Of a stretch of DNA of 64,000 bases, positions 25,867-37,620 are shown piece by piece. The notes under the pieces were generated by a model. That model did not search any database. It had not been told where the DNA came from and was given only the letters and a program-made list of their open reading frames with translations. The stretch spans positions 3,534,001 to 3,598,000 of the forward strand of contig CATNEN010000005.1 in NCBI GenBank assembly GCA_950097015.1, written 5' to 3'. This DNA comes from Macrostomum hystrix (lineage: Eukaryota; Animalia; Platyhelminthes). Position 1 is the stretch's first letter. Each line of letters opens with the position of its first letter. The translations under genes and the position numbers were made by a program.

Positions 25867-26499
25867 TGAGTTACATGAGCAATGATTACCTTCTGTTGCT
25901 ATGCTGTTCCACTAAAATGGCTCGCCACAATAGACCCACTTTGTGTCTGTAATCTGTCCTCCTGTATCAATTGAGTAGCGTGAGCCCTGAGCGGATTGTC
26001 TGGCGTCATTTTCACAGTAAACAGTAAATTTGTAAGAATAGTGCAGCCCAGTTTCAATAGCGAATTTCACTTTCACTTTTAATTTTTCTATTTCAATTTA
26101 GTGAGTTTCAATAAATTGTGTTTTACCAGTGAGCCTGTGCATCGACTTTTCCCACTAATTTAAGGACATTCTACGTGCAAAGATTAAGACAGAAATGCCG
26201 GGTAATGAAACAGCGCAAAAAGCGTCGGATTCTAGAAAGATCGGGCGTGACTTGTTTACATGTTTCCAAGAACCTTCGTCACCCTTCTTTCTGGAACTTT
26301 CTTTGGCGCGTATGAATAAACGAGCCTTCCCCTTATTGGCCAAGAGTGAACTTTCAGTGCGACTCACGCACTCGGCCTTGTGGCTAAAATCTCCGTGTTC
26401 CGTGATATTCATTTTCACAGCAGAACAATAACCTCGAAATGCCACAATATTAGCGCTCTATACAGTCGATTCAATCGGGTCTGGTAATGTTGATACAGT

Positions 26500-27420
26500 T
26501 ATGGGAAGATGGGAATTGAGCCTGAGGATTTGGGAAGATCGGAATTGATCCTGTGTATACGGGAAGATGGGAAGTGGACTTAAGGATCTAGGAAGATGGA
26601 AATCAAACCTGAGGATATGGGAAGATGGAAATCAAACCTGAGGATATGGGAAGATGGAAATCAAACCTGAGGATCTGGGAATATGGAAATCAAACCTGAG
26701 GATCTGGGAAGATGGAAATCAAACCTGAGGATCTGGGAAGATGGAAATCAAACCTGAGGATCTGAGACGATGAAAATCAAACCTGAGGATCTGGGAAGAT
26801 GGAAATCAAACCTGAGGATCTGGGAAGATGGAAATCAAACCTGAGGATCTGAGACGATGAAAATCAAACCTGAGGACCTGGGAAGATGGAAATCAAACCT
26901 GAGGATCTGGGACGATGGGAATCAAACCTGAGGATCTGGGACGATGGAAATCAAACCTGAGGATCTGGGACGATGGAAATCAAACCTGAGGATCTGGGAC
27001 GATGGAAATCAAACCTGAGGATCTGGGACGATGGAAATCAAACCTGAGGATCTGGGACGATGGAAATCAAACCTGAGGATCTGGGACGATGGGAATCAAA
27101 CCTGAAGATCTGGGAAGATGGAAATCAAACATGAGGATCTGGCAAGATGGAAATTAAACCTGAGGATATGGGACGATGGGAATCAAACCTGAGGATCTGG
27201 GACGATGGGAATCAAACCTGAGGATCTGGGAAGATGGAAATCAAACATGAGGATTTGAGAAGATGGAAATCAAACATGAGGATTTGAGAAGTTGGAAATC
27301 AAACATGAGGATTTGAGAAGATGGAAATCAAACCTGAGGATCTGGGACGATGGAAATCAAACATGAGGATTTGAGAAGATAGAAATTGAAACTGAGGATC
27401 TAGGTAAATGAGAATCGAAC
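26500..27420 (+). repeat. 29-bp minisatellite, duplicate copy
   Basis: Same unit as 10745-11840; shorter array. Confidence 0.95.
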
Positions 27421-27439
27421 CTGGGCAGTGTCCTAGCTG

Positions 27440-27835
27440 AAGACCCAGTCAGCCTGTGATTTCCACACCTCAATGTCGGCTGCTCGAGCGGCCAAATCGT
27501 CTCCGAATTTTCTGCTGTCATCTGTACAAAAGGCTTTCACAATTTTCAAAATATTCACAATTAAGGCAGAATAAGTGCTCACTTCTCGCCGTGATGGACA
27601 CAGAGCTGATGCTCTCCTGCTGTCTCAGTTTGATCACAAGCCAGTGGAATCCGGCATCAGCGCTTTGGGTGCCTTGAATTAGTGAAGAAATTGCGAGGTG
27701 CCAACATGATTAGCTGAGCCACTCTAGAGGCAAGCACGATACGTTGAATGATACATATAGCTGGACGACTGCCACGATGCTTCGATGCTGCTCTTGCGTA
27801 TGAAAATATTACCTGTTAGAAACAATTTGCTCTAA
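27440..27835 (-). pseudogene. Duplicate of the 11860-12235 lectin remnant
   Basis: Near-identical to 11860-12235; lies within the segmental duplication. Confidence 0.75.
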
Positions 27836-27960
27836 AGAGTATTGATTGAATTTTGAAACAAGTGCTTGCAGAAGCTAGCAGAAGATGCCCGCTTTTAAGA
27901 CATGTGAACATTGCGTAAACACGATTCGTTCTTTCAGACCGATGATAATGAGCTTCCTCC

Positions 27961-28365
27961 TAAGGAGGGAGAGTGCCAGAGCGGTCTAACCACGTTTGCC
28001 TCTCGCAACAAGGTCCCTGAGTTCGATTCCACTGAGGACGCAGCCTCAGGCGGAGTGTACAGTGCCTGACGATGAGAAAGTCAGATCAGATGTGAGTGTG
28101 TGCTCAGGAGTGTGTGCTCAGGAGTGTGTGCTCAGGAGTGTGTGCTCAGGAGTGTGTGCTCAGGAGTGTGTGCTCAGGAGTGTGTGCTCAGGAGTGTGTG
28201 CTCAGGAGTGTGTGCTCAGGAGTGTTTGCTCAGGAGTGTGTGCTCAGGAGTGTGTGCTCAGGAGTTAGCGGAATGGTAGAACTGCCTCCTCAATGGCTGC
28301 GCGTCTACTGTCACCAATGCATGTGCCAGTGCCCACAGCCGTCCAAAAATAATTAGTATTGTTGC
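27961..28365 (+). mobile_element. SINE family 1 copy with expanded internal 14-mer
   Basis: Duplicate of the 12380 copy. GTGTGTGCTCAGGA is expanded over ~28095-28265. Confidence 0.75.
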
Positions 28366-30267
28366 TACCCTGCAGCGGCTAGGCTGAAACACGCAATTGT
28401 CCGAGGCAGCTCTACCCACAGTGGCGCACGTCAGTATATATTGTGACGGCGAAGCGCAGATCAGATAAATACTTCATGCTGTGAATGTTGCATGCGACTT
28501 GGTCGAGACCAAACCATTTGACTAATAGTTTATAGTCATAGTCAATAGTTTAAAATATCTAGAATTTTATGAATTGAAAATATACTTTTGAACCTTTGAA
28601 CCCCAGATTTTGTTTACGGTTATTCGTCTAAACAATTCGTTTTTTACCTATGCATTTTGCTAGCGATGCGATTTAATTGGGTAGATATCGACCACGACTG
28701 CTTTGATCGCGTTATCAGGGCTTTGTCTTATCCACACACGCAATAGATTGTTTACTCATTGTTTACGCAAGCGTGTTTTGCGGGCTTAAAGCACTGAGAC
28801 TTAACTCTCAAGTACAAACGATTAGAAGATTCTGCATGTTTATTCGAACTGAATCAGCTGCATGCGTAGAAACATTTTGGACAGGAGACGCAGGGCACCC
28901 GAACTGCAACGAATATGCATCATGCTAAACCTATGGCATGAGACAGGTAAGCCTATTGTAGGAGATAGGTCCAGCAGCAGCATCCATTCACGGACTACTG
29001 TTCATTGTGATTGTAAAACCGATAAGTAGTCATTGCGGGCAGTTTGTCTCAGAGGGAGCACAAACCAAATTTAGTGCGATTGCAAAGTACTGAATAAGCA
29101 TAAAGACTTGATACGAAGACTCAGCGCAGAGCTTTCAGGCACACTTGTTTAACAAAAGCCTTCTGTTTTACCGGCAGAAACTGTCGAAACATATAAACAG
29201 GACTCAGTCAAAAACAAAACATTTTCCGGTCTAAAAATAGTATTGGTTTCACGGCAAACGGTATGATTAATTAGGAAGGCTAGTTCTGTCACCGCATTCA
29301 TGAGTACATCATCCAACAGTGACTGAATTCGTGCTGAATATCATATTAATCAAATCTGCCATGGATAAAATGTTCCAAGAGTAGGCACAGTGAAAGCTGT
29401 CAGCACATGCAGTTCATTCCGTGTCGATAGCAAAATCAGTTTCCGAATCATCAGTTCCAGCATGATCACCTCCAGCAATGCAGCGCATTCAACACGCATT
29501 GGAGCTAAGCTTCGATGTAGATGCTCGCTCGAGATGGTCGAGCTGCCGACATCTTGATGGCTTGCTGGCGCTCAACAATGGCCAGCTGCCTCTGAAACAG
29601 TTGAGCACTGATTTATCAAAGCCAGATTTCATAAAAAGTTTGTCAGGTAAAGCTGCTACCTTTGTTTTCACCAGATAACCGCAAACGCTCAAGAGTGCCG
29701 CGGTGAGAACAGCAATGAGCAACCAAGGAAGCCAGATCACTGAGCACACTTGCCTTGGCTGCATGTCGGATTTCGTTGCAGCTGAAATCACAGAGCAGCG
29801 AGCATCAAATTTCATTGCGACTGATTTTCTACAAAAGCTTAAACTCTTCTTACACTTCTGTTTCCAGTCGATGCTTATTTTGTATGGATTGATATTGTTA
29901 TTGATGTCATCTCCGTAGGACTTTGCGAGAGTCAGAATTGGCAGATTGACAGGTGCTTCATGGCACACCAAAAGTTTCCTCAATACCGCGACAGTCGCAA
30001 CACTTTTCCAAGTTACTTTGATATACTCGGTATCGAATGAAAAATAGTGTGGAATAATACTCACCTGGTGCTTTATTGAAAAATATTTATTTATAGATTT
30101 GACTCTATATGCCAATTAGCTTAACACATGTTTGCCTTTTACTTAGCAAAATTTTAATGGCAAATCGTTGAGGAAACTCACCTTCTATCACAAGTTTTCG
30201 AATCCACATGCCAATAAAGTTCATGCACTGGTTTCGTACATCAGTAACGTTTGCGACGTATTTTCTC

Positions 30268-30370
30268 GGGTGGGGGAGCCTTCGCGACCCCGAGCGCGCC
30301 TGGCGCGCTTCCCAATGCTGCCGCCTTCACGTGGCGGGACCGTTCGGACTCACCCCCGGCGAAGTGCAGC
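30268..30370 (+). ncRNA. Candidate HDV-like self-cleaving ribozyme at the LINE 5' end
   Basis: P3/L3 GCC-TTCACGT-GGC, J1.1/4 GT, P4 TCGG..CCGG, J4/2 CGAA, P2 GCTGC/GCAGC. The P1 5' strand is not clearly resolved. Confidence 0.5.
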
Positions 30371-33300
30371 GCTCACCCTGGACATCGTCTGGGGACAGGA
30401 CACCTCGGACACTGGCGACGTGGAGACCAACCCTGGGCCACCAACGTCGTACTCATGCGGTGGCTGCAGCACTAACGTCCACAGCTTTCGCATTTTACAA
30501 CTTAACGCGTCGCCTGTGTTCAGGAGACGAATTCGACGGCGTCCGGGTCCCTCCCAAGACTGCCGGGCTGGCAAATTGCCGCCCGCAGGGACCGTCGAGC
30601 CAATCGCGCTGGCGAGCCGGCAGAGACGCCGCACGGCGGAGTCTGCTTCCTGATCAAAGAAGGTATCGACTTCTCCGAGCTCCAGATGCCACCCCCCAAG
30701 GCTGTCAACTCGGCCACGGAAGCCTCCGCGGTCACTATTCACGACCCGCGTATCAGCCGCCCACTCTCGATCATTAACCTCTACATCCCACCGGTCCGTG
30801 CAGGAGACGGACGGGTCAGCGACTTCGAACCAGACTGGCTCCCATCCGGCCCCGACACCGTTATCCTCGGCGACATTAACGCACACCACGGGATGTGGGA
30901 CGAGAGCTGCGAGACCGACGACGCCCTGGGGACCGAGTTCGAAAACTGGGCCACGACGTTCGACTACGTCGCGCTTAACGATGGCTCCTTCACCAGATTC
31001 AGCCCCAGAGGCCTGACCAGCGCCCCGGACGTGACCTTCGTCCCGGCCAACTGGCAAGACCGGATGACCTGGAAGACGGAGGCACACATCGGATCCGACC
31101 ATCTCCCTATTGTTATCGAGATTCGAAACAGCTCCAAGAGGCCCCCAAAGCGGAAACGGGTGACCCGCTTCGCCTACCATAAGGCAGACTGGACCCTATT
31201 CCGCGAGCTCATTTCCGAAGAACTCAAGCACTGGCAACACCGCCCACCACGCTCGGTCGCTGGTGCAACCGATAAACTGAACCACGCCATCCGTTCAGCG
31301 CTCGAGGAGCGATTCCGCAGGGCTAGCGCCGAGCCCCAGTAGCATGGTGGTGCCCTGAGGCCGAAGCCGCGTGCACCGCCAGACGTCAGGCCCTCGAAGC
31401 TCTCCGCACGGATCCTGACGACGAGCTCGCCGCGGCGTATCAAGCCGCGGGTGCTTTCGCCACCGCGTCCATCCGTAGGGCCAAGGAGGCACTCTGGCAA
31501 GAATTCATATCCGACAACCACAATAAACTGGACTCGGCCGCGATCTGGAGAATAATCCGAGTTCTCGACGGGCGGACACCGGCGGCCAGACCATCCGCAG
31601 CCATCAAGGACTCGGCCAACCGCTGCGCCACCACGAACTCACAAAAGGCCAACCTTTTCTGTAGAGAGTACGCAACGGTCGCGCAACTTCCTAAAGTCAA
31701 AGTGCGGGACCACAAAGTCAAACTTGAGGCCAGGAGAGCCCTTGATAAGCCCTGTGCGTGCAACGGACAACGCCTGGGAATGTGTGCTGACTTCGACCTA
31801 GAGGCGCTCACCCGAGCCCTCCGCGCCATCCCGAGCCGGTCCGCCCCAGGGCTAGACGGGAAATCCAACTTGATGCTGAAGAATCTGCCGCCAAAGGGGA
31901 TCGAGCTCCTCCTCTTCACCATCAACCTTTCTTGGCGTAGCGGCCAGTGTTGCGCTGCCTGGAAAATCGGCGACATCAGGCCGATACACCAGCCGGGGAA
32001 AAGCCCGGATGCGACCTCCAGCTACGGCCCCATCTGCCTCCTTTCCTGCACGGCGAAAGTCGCGGAACGTCTGGTTAACGAACGCCTCACGCAATACCTG
32101 GAGTCCGAGAACCTCATCCACCCGGCCCAGGCCGGCTTCCGCCGCGGTCGCTCTACTGAAGAGCAGATTGCCGCGGCATCCCAGTACGTCTTCGACGGCT
32201 TCCAGAAGAAAAAACCAGCAAACCGTACAGCGATGCTGTTTGGGGACTTCTCGCATGCCTACGAGCGCATGTGGCGACAGGCCCTCATCGCTAAGTTAAG
32301 CCGTAAGAAAGTCCCGACCTGCACGCGCCGCTGGATTCACTCGTATATTTCCGATCGACGTGCCATTGTGACCTGGGACGGCAACCAGAGCCCCCAACGC
32401 CTCTTCCCTGAGGGCCTCCCCCAAGGCTCCGTCATCGCCCCGACTCTGTGGACGGTGTTCGTCGATGACCTGTTGGAGGATGCCTCAGAGGACATCTTCT
32501 CTCTGGCGTACGCCGACGATATACGACCTTTGGCGCACAAGGCATGAATTTGAAGACCTATGAAGCAAGACTGCAAAGCGCGGCGAACTGGCTCGTCGAG
32601 TGGTGCACGACTGGGAAAGTTGACCTGAACAAATCCAAAACGGTCGTCACCTACTTCTCCCTCGACCCACGTGAGACAAACGGCAAGGCGAGACCGAATA
32701 TCAGACTCGGAGACATGCCAGCCCCATTCGAGGAACACCCCAAGATGCTGGGCGTGTACCTCGATTCACAGCTCACGTTCCGCCACCATGCGGCGGTCCA
32801 AAAGCGCAACCTGCAGAAGCGGACAGGCGCCCTGAGGTGCCTTGCTGGTCGAGACTGGGGCGCGACCCGAGATCTCTCAGACAGCTCTACCGCACCTACG
32901 CGGAAGCGGCGGTCCTACACGGCGCCTCCTCTTGGATGAGCTTTGCGTCCGACGCCTGAGTCCGGCGAAGTTGAGACCCAGCACCTCGCCGCAGCGCGCG
33001 TTATCTCGGGGTGCTGCCGATCCACCCCGACTGCCGCGCTCCTCAAAGAGGCCGGGCTGGCTCCACTCAACACCTCGGCGACTGCCGCTGCGGCTACGCT
33101 GGAGAAAACCCGGCGAGCAAGACAACAGACACCGCTCAGAACGCTGGCCGAACTCGACGTTCAACCGAGAATCCGCGCTCACGGCAACCACGGCGATTTC
33201 AGACGCAACTGGAGGACGGAGGCCAACGGATTGATCGCCCACGCGGGCCTCGCGGGATCCAAGCGCGAACCTGACAACGTGCCACCGCCTCCCCTATCGC

Positions 33301-34286
33301 CTAACGACAGACAGGAGCCACTTCGCAGCGGAACTCGTCAAACCTACCAACCGGGAGGATCCCCCGCACGTCAGACGCCAAGCCGCACTGGAGACGCTGA
33401 ACCGGCTTCCGGAACCCGCCTTGGCACTCTGGACCGACGGCTCGGCCTCCGGAGGCACCAATAGAGGCGGATACGGTGCGGCCCTATTCATCCGCGGAGC
33501 CGCGCCAGTCTACCTGACTGCTCCAGCGGGCGCTTTCAGCTCTTCTTTTAGGGCGGAGGAGTGTGCCCTCCGCATTGGTCTCCTCGCAGCCCTGGAGCGC
33601 GTCTCATCGCCCGGTACGGCAGAACTGCGTTGCGCGCCACTGATTCGCAGGCCCTCATCCGATCGCTCGAACAAGGCCCGCACTCTCACCTGTCCCCCTG
33701 CTGCCGGGACATCTGGCGCCTCCTCATCAAAGTCCCCGCGGACCACCACGTGACTATCCAATGGGTCCCAGGACACTGTGACCTGAGGCGCAACGATCTG
33801 GCGGACAACCTCGCAAAAGACGCCGCTAGACTCCCACAAGACCAAGCGGAAATCGACCTAAACAGTGCCAAGTCCGCGATCCGCCGCATACTGGCCGCCG
33901 AGGCTCGCGATGCCTACGAAGTGGACCCGCACTGCCGGACGCACCGCGCTGCCTTCCGCGACGACCACAGATCCGAGGCGACTCTCAGCAGACGCGAGCT
34001 GATCACGCTAGCGCAACTTCGCACGGGCCACTCGCCTCTGCTGGCCCAGTACCGCCACCGGATTGACCAAGAACAGCCCGCGTCCTGCGGGCACTGCGGA
34101 CACCAGGAGGAGGACCTGAAGCATGTGATGCTGGAATGCCCAGCTCACGCCCAGACCCGCAACCGCGTCCTCGGCCCTAACCCGACGCTGGCCATCCTCT
34201 CCGACGACGGCCCCCGTGTCCTGTCCTATCTCCAGGCGATAGGGTCGCTGACCCGACCCCCGGACCTGCCCGGCCAGGAACGTCTA
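30268..34286 (+). mobile_element. Non-LTR retrotransposon, Ingi/I-group type, apparently full-length but frameshifted
   Basis: 12-bp TSD ACGTATTTTCTC at 30256-30267 and 34287-34298. APE motifs RILQLNA, INLYIPP, ILGDINAHH, GSDHLPI. RT motifs APGLDG, QAGFRRGRST, GLPQGSVIAPTLW, AYADD. RNase H motifs WTDGS, TDSQA, WVPGH..NDLADNLAK. C-terminal CGHC..HVMLEC knuckle. Confidence 0.92.
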
Positions 34287-34689
34287 ACGTATTTTCTCAG
34301 CAGAATCATTCGGACCTGAAAGCCGCACAAATTTCTGGTTATCTCATCACTATTTAGATTTGGGTGAACTGCTAGACAAATTTCAACAGATGCAAAAGAA
34401 TCTTGTCCCTAAAGTGTGACTCACATTCTCGGCTCAATTAAAATCGACCTGGGCGCTTTCTTAGCTTTTATTAACCTCAAAATTTAGTCTGTGTCAAGGC
34501 AATTGACTGAAAAAACGTGGATTTTTTCTCGGAGAAACAATCAGGTAACCATAGTGTATTTTTTACATGCAATTCACTGAGCTGTCAACCGCTTGCTTAT
34601 GAGTAACAGTTGGCTGATTACACCTGCTTAATTGGACCAGATGTGCTGCCGACAGCACAGCCGCAGCTGTTGCGCGGCGCATCTAAAGG

Positions 34690-34901
34690 CTGCGTACAGT
34701 CCATGGACTAGGGCACGCCACACCCACCTTCAATTACCCCAGCTGATTCTGGTACACATTTAACAGCTGGATGAACTGAAGCAATGCAGAGGTAAGTGTC
34801 TTGCTAAACAACTCAAATTGTTCCAATGAAGTCAGGAATAGAACACCCAGAAACTCGCTTCAAGGTGTGGGTTTGACGCTTTAACGACTAAGCTTCAACC
34901 C
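34690..34901 (-). mobile_element. SINE family 2 copy in intron 3 of pseudogene C
   Basis: tRNA-like head plus TTTAGCAAGACACTT..CAGCTGTTAAATGTGTACC on the minus strand. Confidence 0.6.
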
Positions 34902-35876
34902 AAAATTTTATATTGCTCATAAATTATGTACCAGCAGTCACCTGATCGCCTCACCTGTCGCCTGACGCAGGGCACGCTCAAGTATTGTCCTGCAGAAACG
35001 CTTGAGGGCGTCCTGCCGCACAGCTTCCAGATACCTGAGCTCTGTCCTCTAATGAAAGTAGAGCTGATGTTCTTTGAGTCGCAGTGCTCATGTCCAAAAT
35101 CAATGTCTGTTTGAGAAGTCCAGATCTCAATGTCTGCTGCTCTGGGGTTTATACCCTGCGAAAACTAGACATTGTTTCTCTCTCACAAGAATGTTTACAT
35201 AGAAGACGATTTCATAATACTATAAAAGTTTACATATTTAATGTCACTGGAAAGAAACATTTGCGAAAGACAAACTAAACTGCATTTAAATTCAGAGCAT
35301 AGTAATTTAATTTAAACAAAACTTTATCGATTGATTATCTTTCCTTGTTCTGTTTATGGCAAATATACGTATTCATAATCATAGATCAATTACGATCAAA
35401 AAAATAATATTGCAAAGATCGATAAATCCGCTTTCAAGAAAAGTTAACGAAATCAATGTATCTGAATCCAACAATGAGCTACGTTGAAAATTCCCACTAC
35501 TTTTTAGACACCCCTTGTTTATCTGTTTTAAAAGAGATTTGTGCAGAAGCGAACGGTTAGACTAAGTTATGCATAAAACTGATGGACAATAAAATAGTTA
35601 GTTTCTGTGTTAACCGAGGTCAGTTTTCTAGTAAACTGTATTTTTATGGCCCGACACTAGACGTTTCTTGCATCGCAAAACAAAATTAACTAAACATTCT
35701 AGCAAAGTACGAGTATATCATATACTGTAATTTATGTACTTCACGTTTATGCCCAACAATCAAACCCTGGCACTGAGGGTGCAAAACAGCTAAATTAAGC
35801 AAGCAATGCGATTGAAAGACAGAACAGCAGAGCAAATGTATTAAAAAGGCTTCGTCGCTACTGTAAGTAGTCGCAG

Positions 35877-37620
35877 CTAAAACTGTCCCTTAGCCCAGTC
35901 GGTTAGGTAAGCGCAGCCAATAGGCGATATATCCCCACCAATTCGACAGTCGCCAGACACAGGACAGGAGACGCAGGGCACCCGAACTGCGCCAAAGTCA
36001 CCACCAGAACTGGACGGCAGCTGAGACTTGGCCAACCTGTACAGACTAGATCCGCTAGCTAGTCCGCTTTTAGTCTCAACTAGGCCTTCTAAAATTAGCG
36101 CCCGTAGTACGCGCCTAATATCATCCAGGCTCAGCGACACGGTGCTAACACGCGATTGGCCAATAAATTGCTGCACCTCCTCCAGGGTGGTCCAAGCTGT
36201 GGCTGAGTTGGCGCCGGAAGCGTTTGACATTTCCGCCTTCCTGCGCAGATACAGGGTGCATTGCTGGCACAGCACGTCAACGAATTCCTGGTCGAAGCCG
36301 TCGCCAGAGAAGAATGTTCCAGCCTGGAGTGAAGCATCTGGCTCCAGATCGAATAGCATGAAGATCTTCTTCTTGGCGTGGCCTGAGACAATTATTTTGG
36401 GAGTAGCGAAAGTTGAGCCAGATTAACACCCACTGAAACAGCTGCTGCTACAAGGCGCTAACAAAGACTGTTCAGTCCATGCTCATTCTAGTACCCAATT
36501 CACAGCTGGGTGAACTGAACCACTGGGAAATAAAGTTTCTTGCTTGAATAAAAACTAGAATACAATTTTCCTGGGCTACAAACAATTAAACACTACATAC
36601 ACTCGACAACAGAGAAATGGCCCTCTAAACACTAATATATTCACCTACTCAATTAATAATAATAAGCATTCTTGCAGGGCCTATGTGCAATGGAAACAGT
36701 TGAAAACAGCAACCAGCGAAGAGGCAATTCAGTATATTCAGTTGACCTGTGAGCACACACACTGGGTGAGTACATCTGTTCTAACTTTCTTTTCTTTAGT
36801 CAGACAGTGTACAGTCTAGCTGTGTCTTGGGGGTTAGCCCCGCGTTTTTATGTGAGCTCACTCCAAAATCGAACTCATGGTACACCGAGAACTAACCGAC
36901 AGGCCGAACAGTTTTGATCAGCTTCTTAGCCTCCAGGCCATTGAGACATTTTCCAATCTCTCGCTGAGGCAGAGCGCTGCGACTTTGCAATTGCTGCACT
37001 GAAGCACCTTTGTTGCCAAAGGCCCGCAGCTGTTCGTAGACCATCATCTCCTTGGTGTCCAGGCCTTCAAGACGGCGATCAACGCTGGTGTCTCTAAGAC
37101 GCCACAGCAGCTCGCGATTTGCAGTTTGCAGCAATTCAAGGCGACCCGACTGAGTCAGCTGGTTAATGGACTGGATAATGCGATCCATTGGCAAATCGGA
37201 GAGGTGAGTGCGAAGCGCTGCCTGATTAACACCGCTAGGAAATTGGCCCACCAGGCTTATAATTCTGTGATGAGAATTGAAAGTGAAGTGCGGATTACGC
37301 GATGCTTAAAGATGCAAGTAAGCCTTTGGTAAGCCTATGGGATGAGACAGGTAACATATTGGATGAGACAGGTAAATCCAGTAGACAATGATAAATCAGT
37401 GATAACAGGTAAAACTGGTAAATTTACTGGGTGAGACAGGCAAATGTAAAGGATTATTATAATAAATCTTGGAGATAAAAGGGAGCAATAGGTGTATTTG
37501 AAAAGTACAGTTAATAGCTTGCAATAAACATTTGTGAATAACTTGTAATTTGAATACTTGCCTTGTCTGAATATCATCAGGATCTGGCTTTATAGAGCCT
37601 ATAGCTGAGGTGGAACTCAT
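35877..37620 (-). CDS. POLR3F: RNA polymerase III subunit RPC6 (RPC34/C39)
   Basis: Exons 37620-37562, 37264-36897, 36382-35877. MSST..DDIQTRIISLVGQFPSG..VYEQLRAFGNKG..LEAKKLIKTV..KKKIFMLFDLEPD..FDQEFVDVLCQQC, and C-terminal Fe-S motif PCVSCPVSGDC..ISPIGCAYLTDW. Confidence 0.93.

Larger units (their letters stand above)
22550..29876 (+). repeat. Segmental duplication unit 2
   Basis: Matches 6537-14212. Homology ends at ..CAGTCGATGCTT. Confidence 0.9.
29500..35160 (-). pseudogene. Chimeric receptor pseudogene C (B-type lectin exons 3-4 and partial Ig1; A2-type TM and tail), interrupted by a LINE
   Basis: B-type exon 3 at ~35155-34940 (INPRAADIEIWTSQ..). Exon 4 is split by the LINE (VRMILLRK | YVANVTDVRNQCMNFIGMW). 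Partial Ig1 VCHEAPVNLPILTLAKSYG joins at ~29876 to A2-like sequence. I found no exons 1-2. Confidence 0.7.

Noticed and set aside
34287-34319. LINE ORF extending to 34319
   Set aside because: The last residues are read through into the TSD and host sequence; the element ends at 34286.
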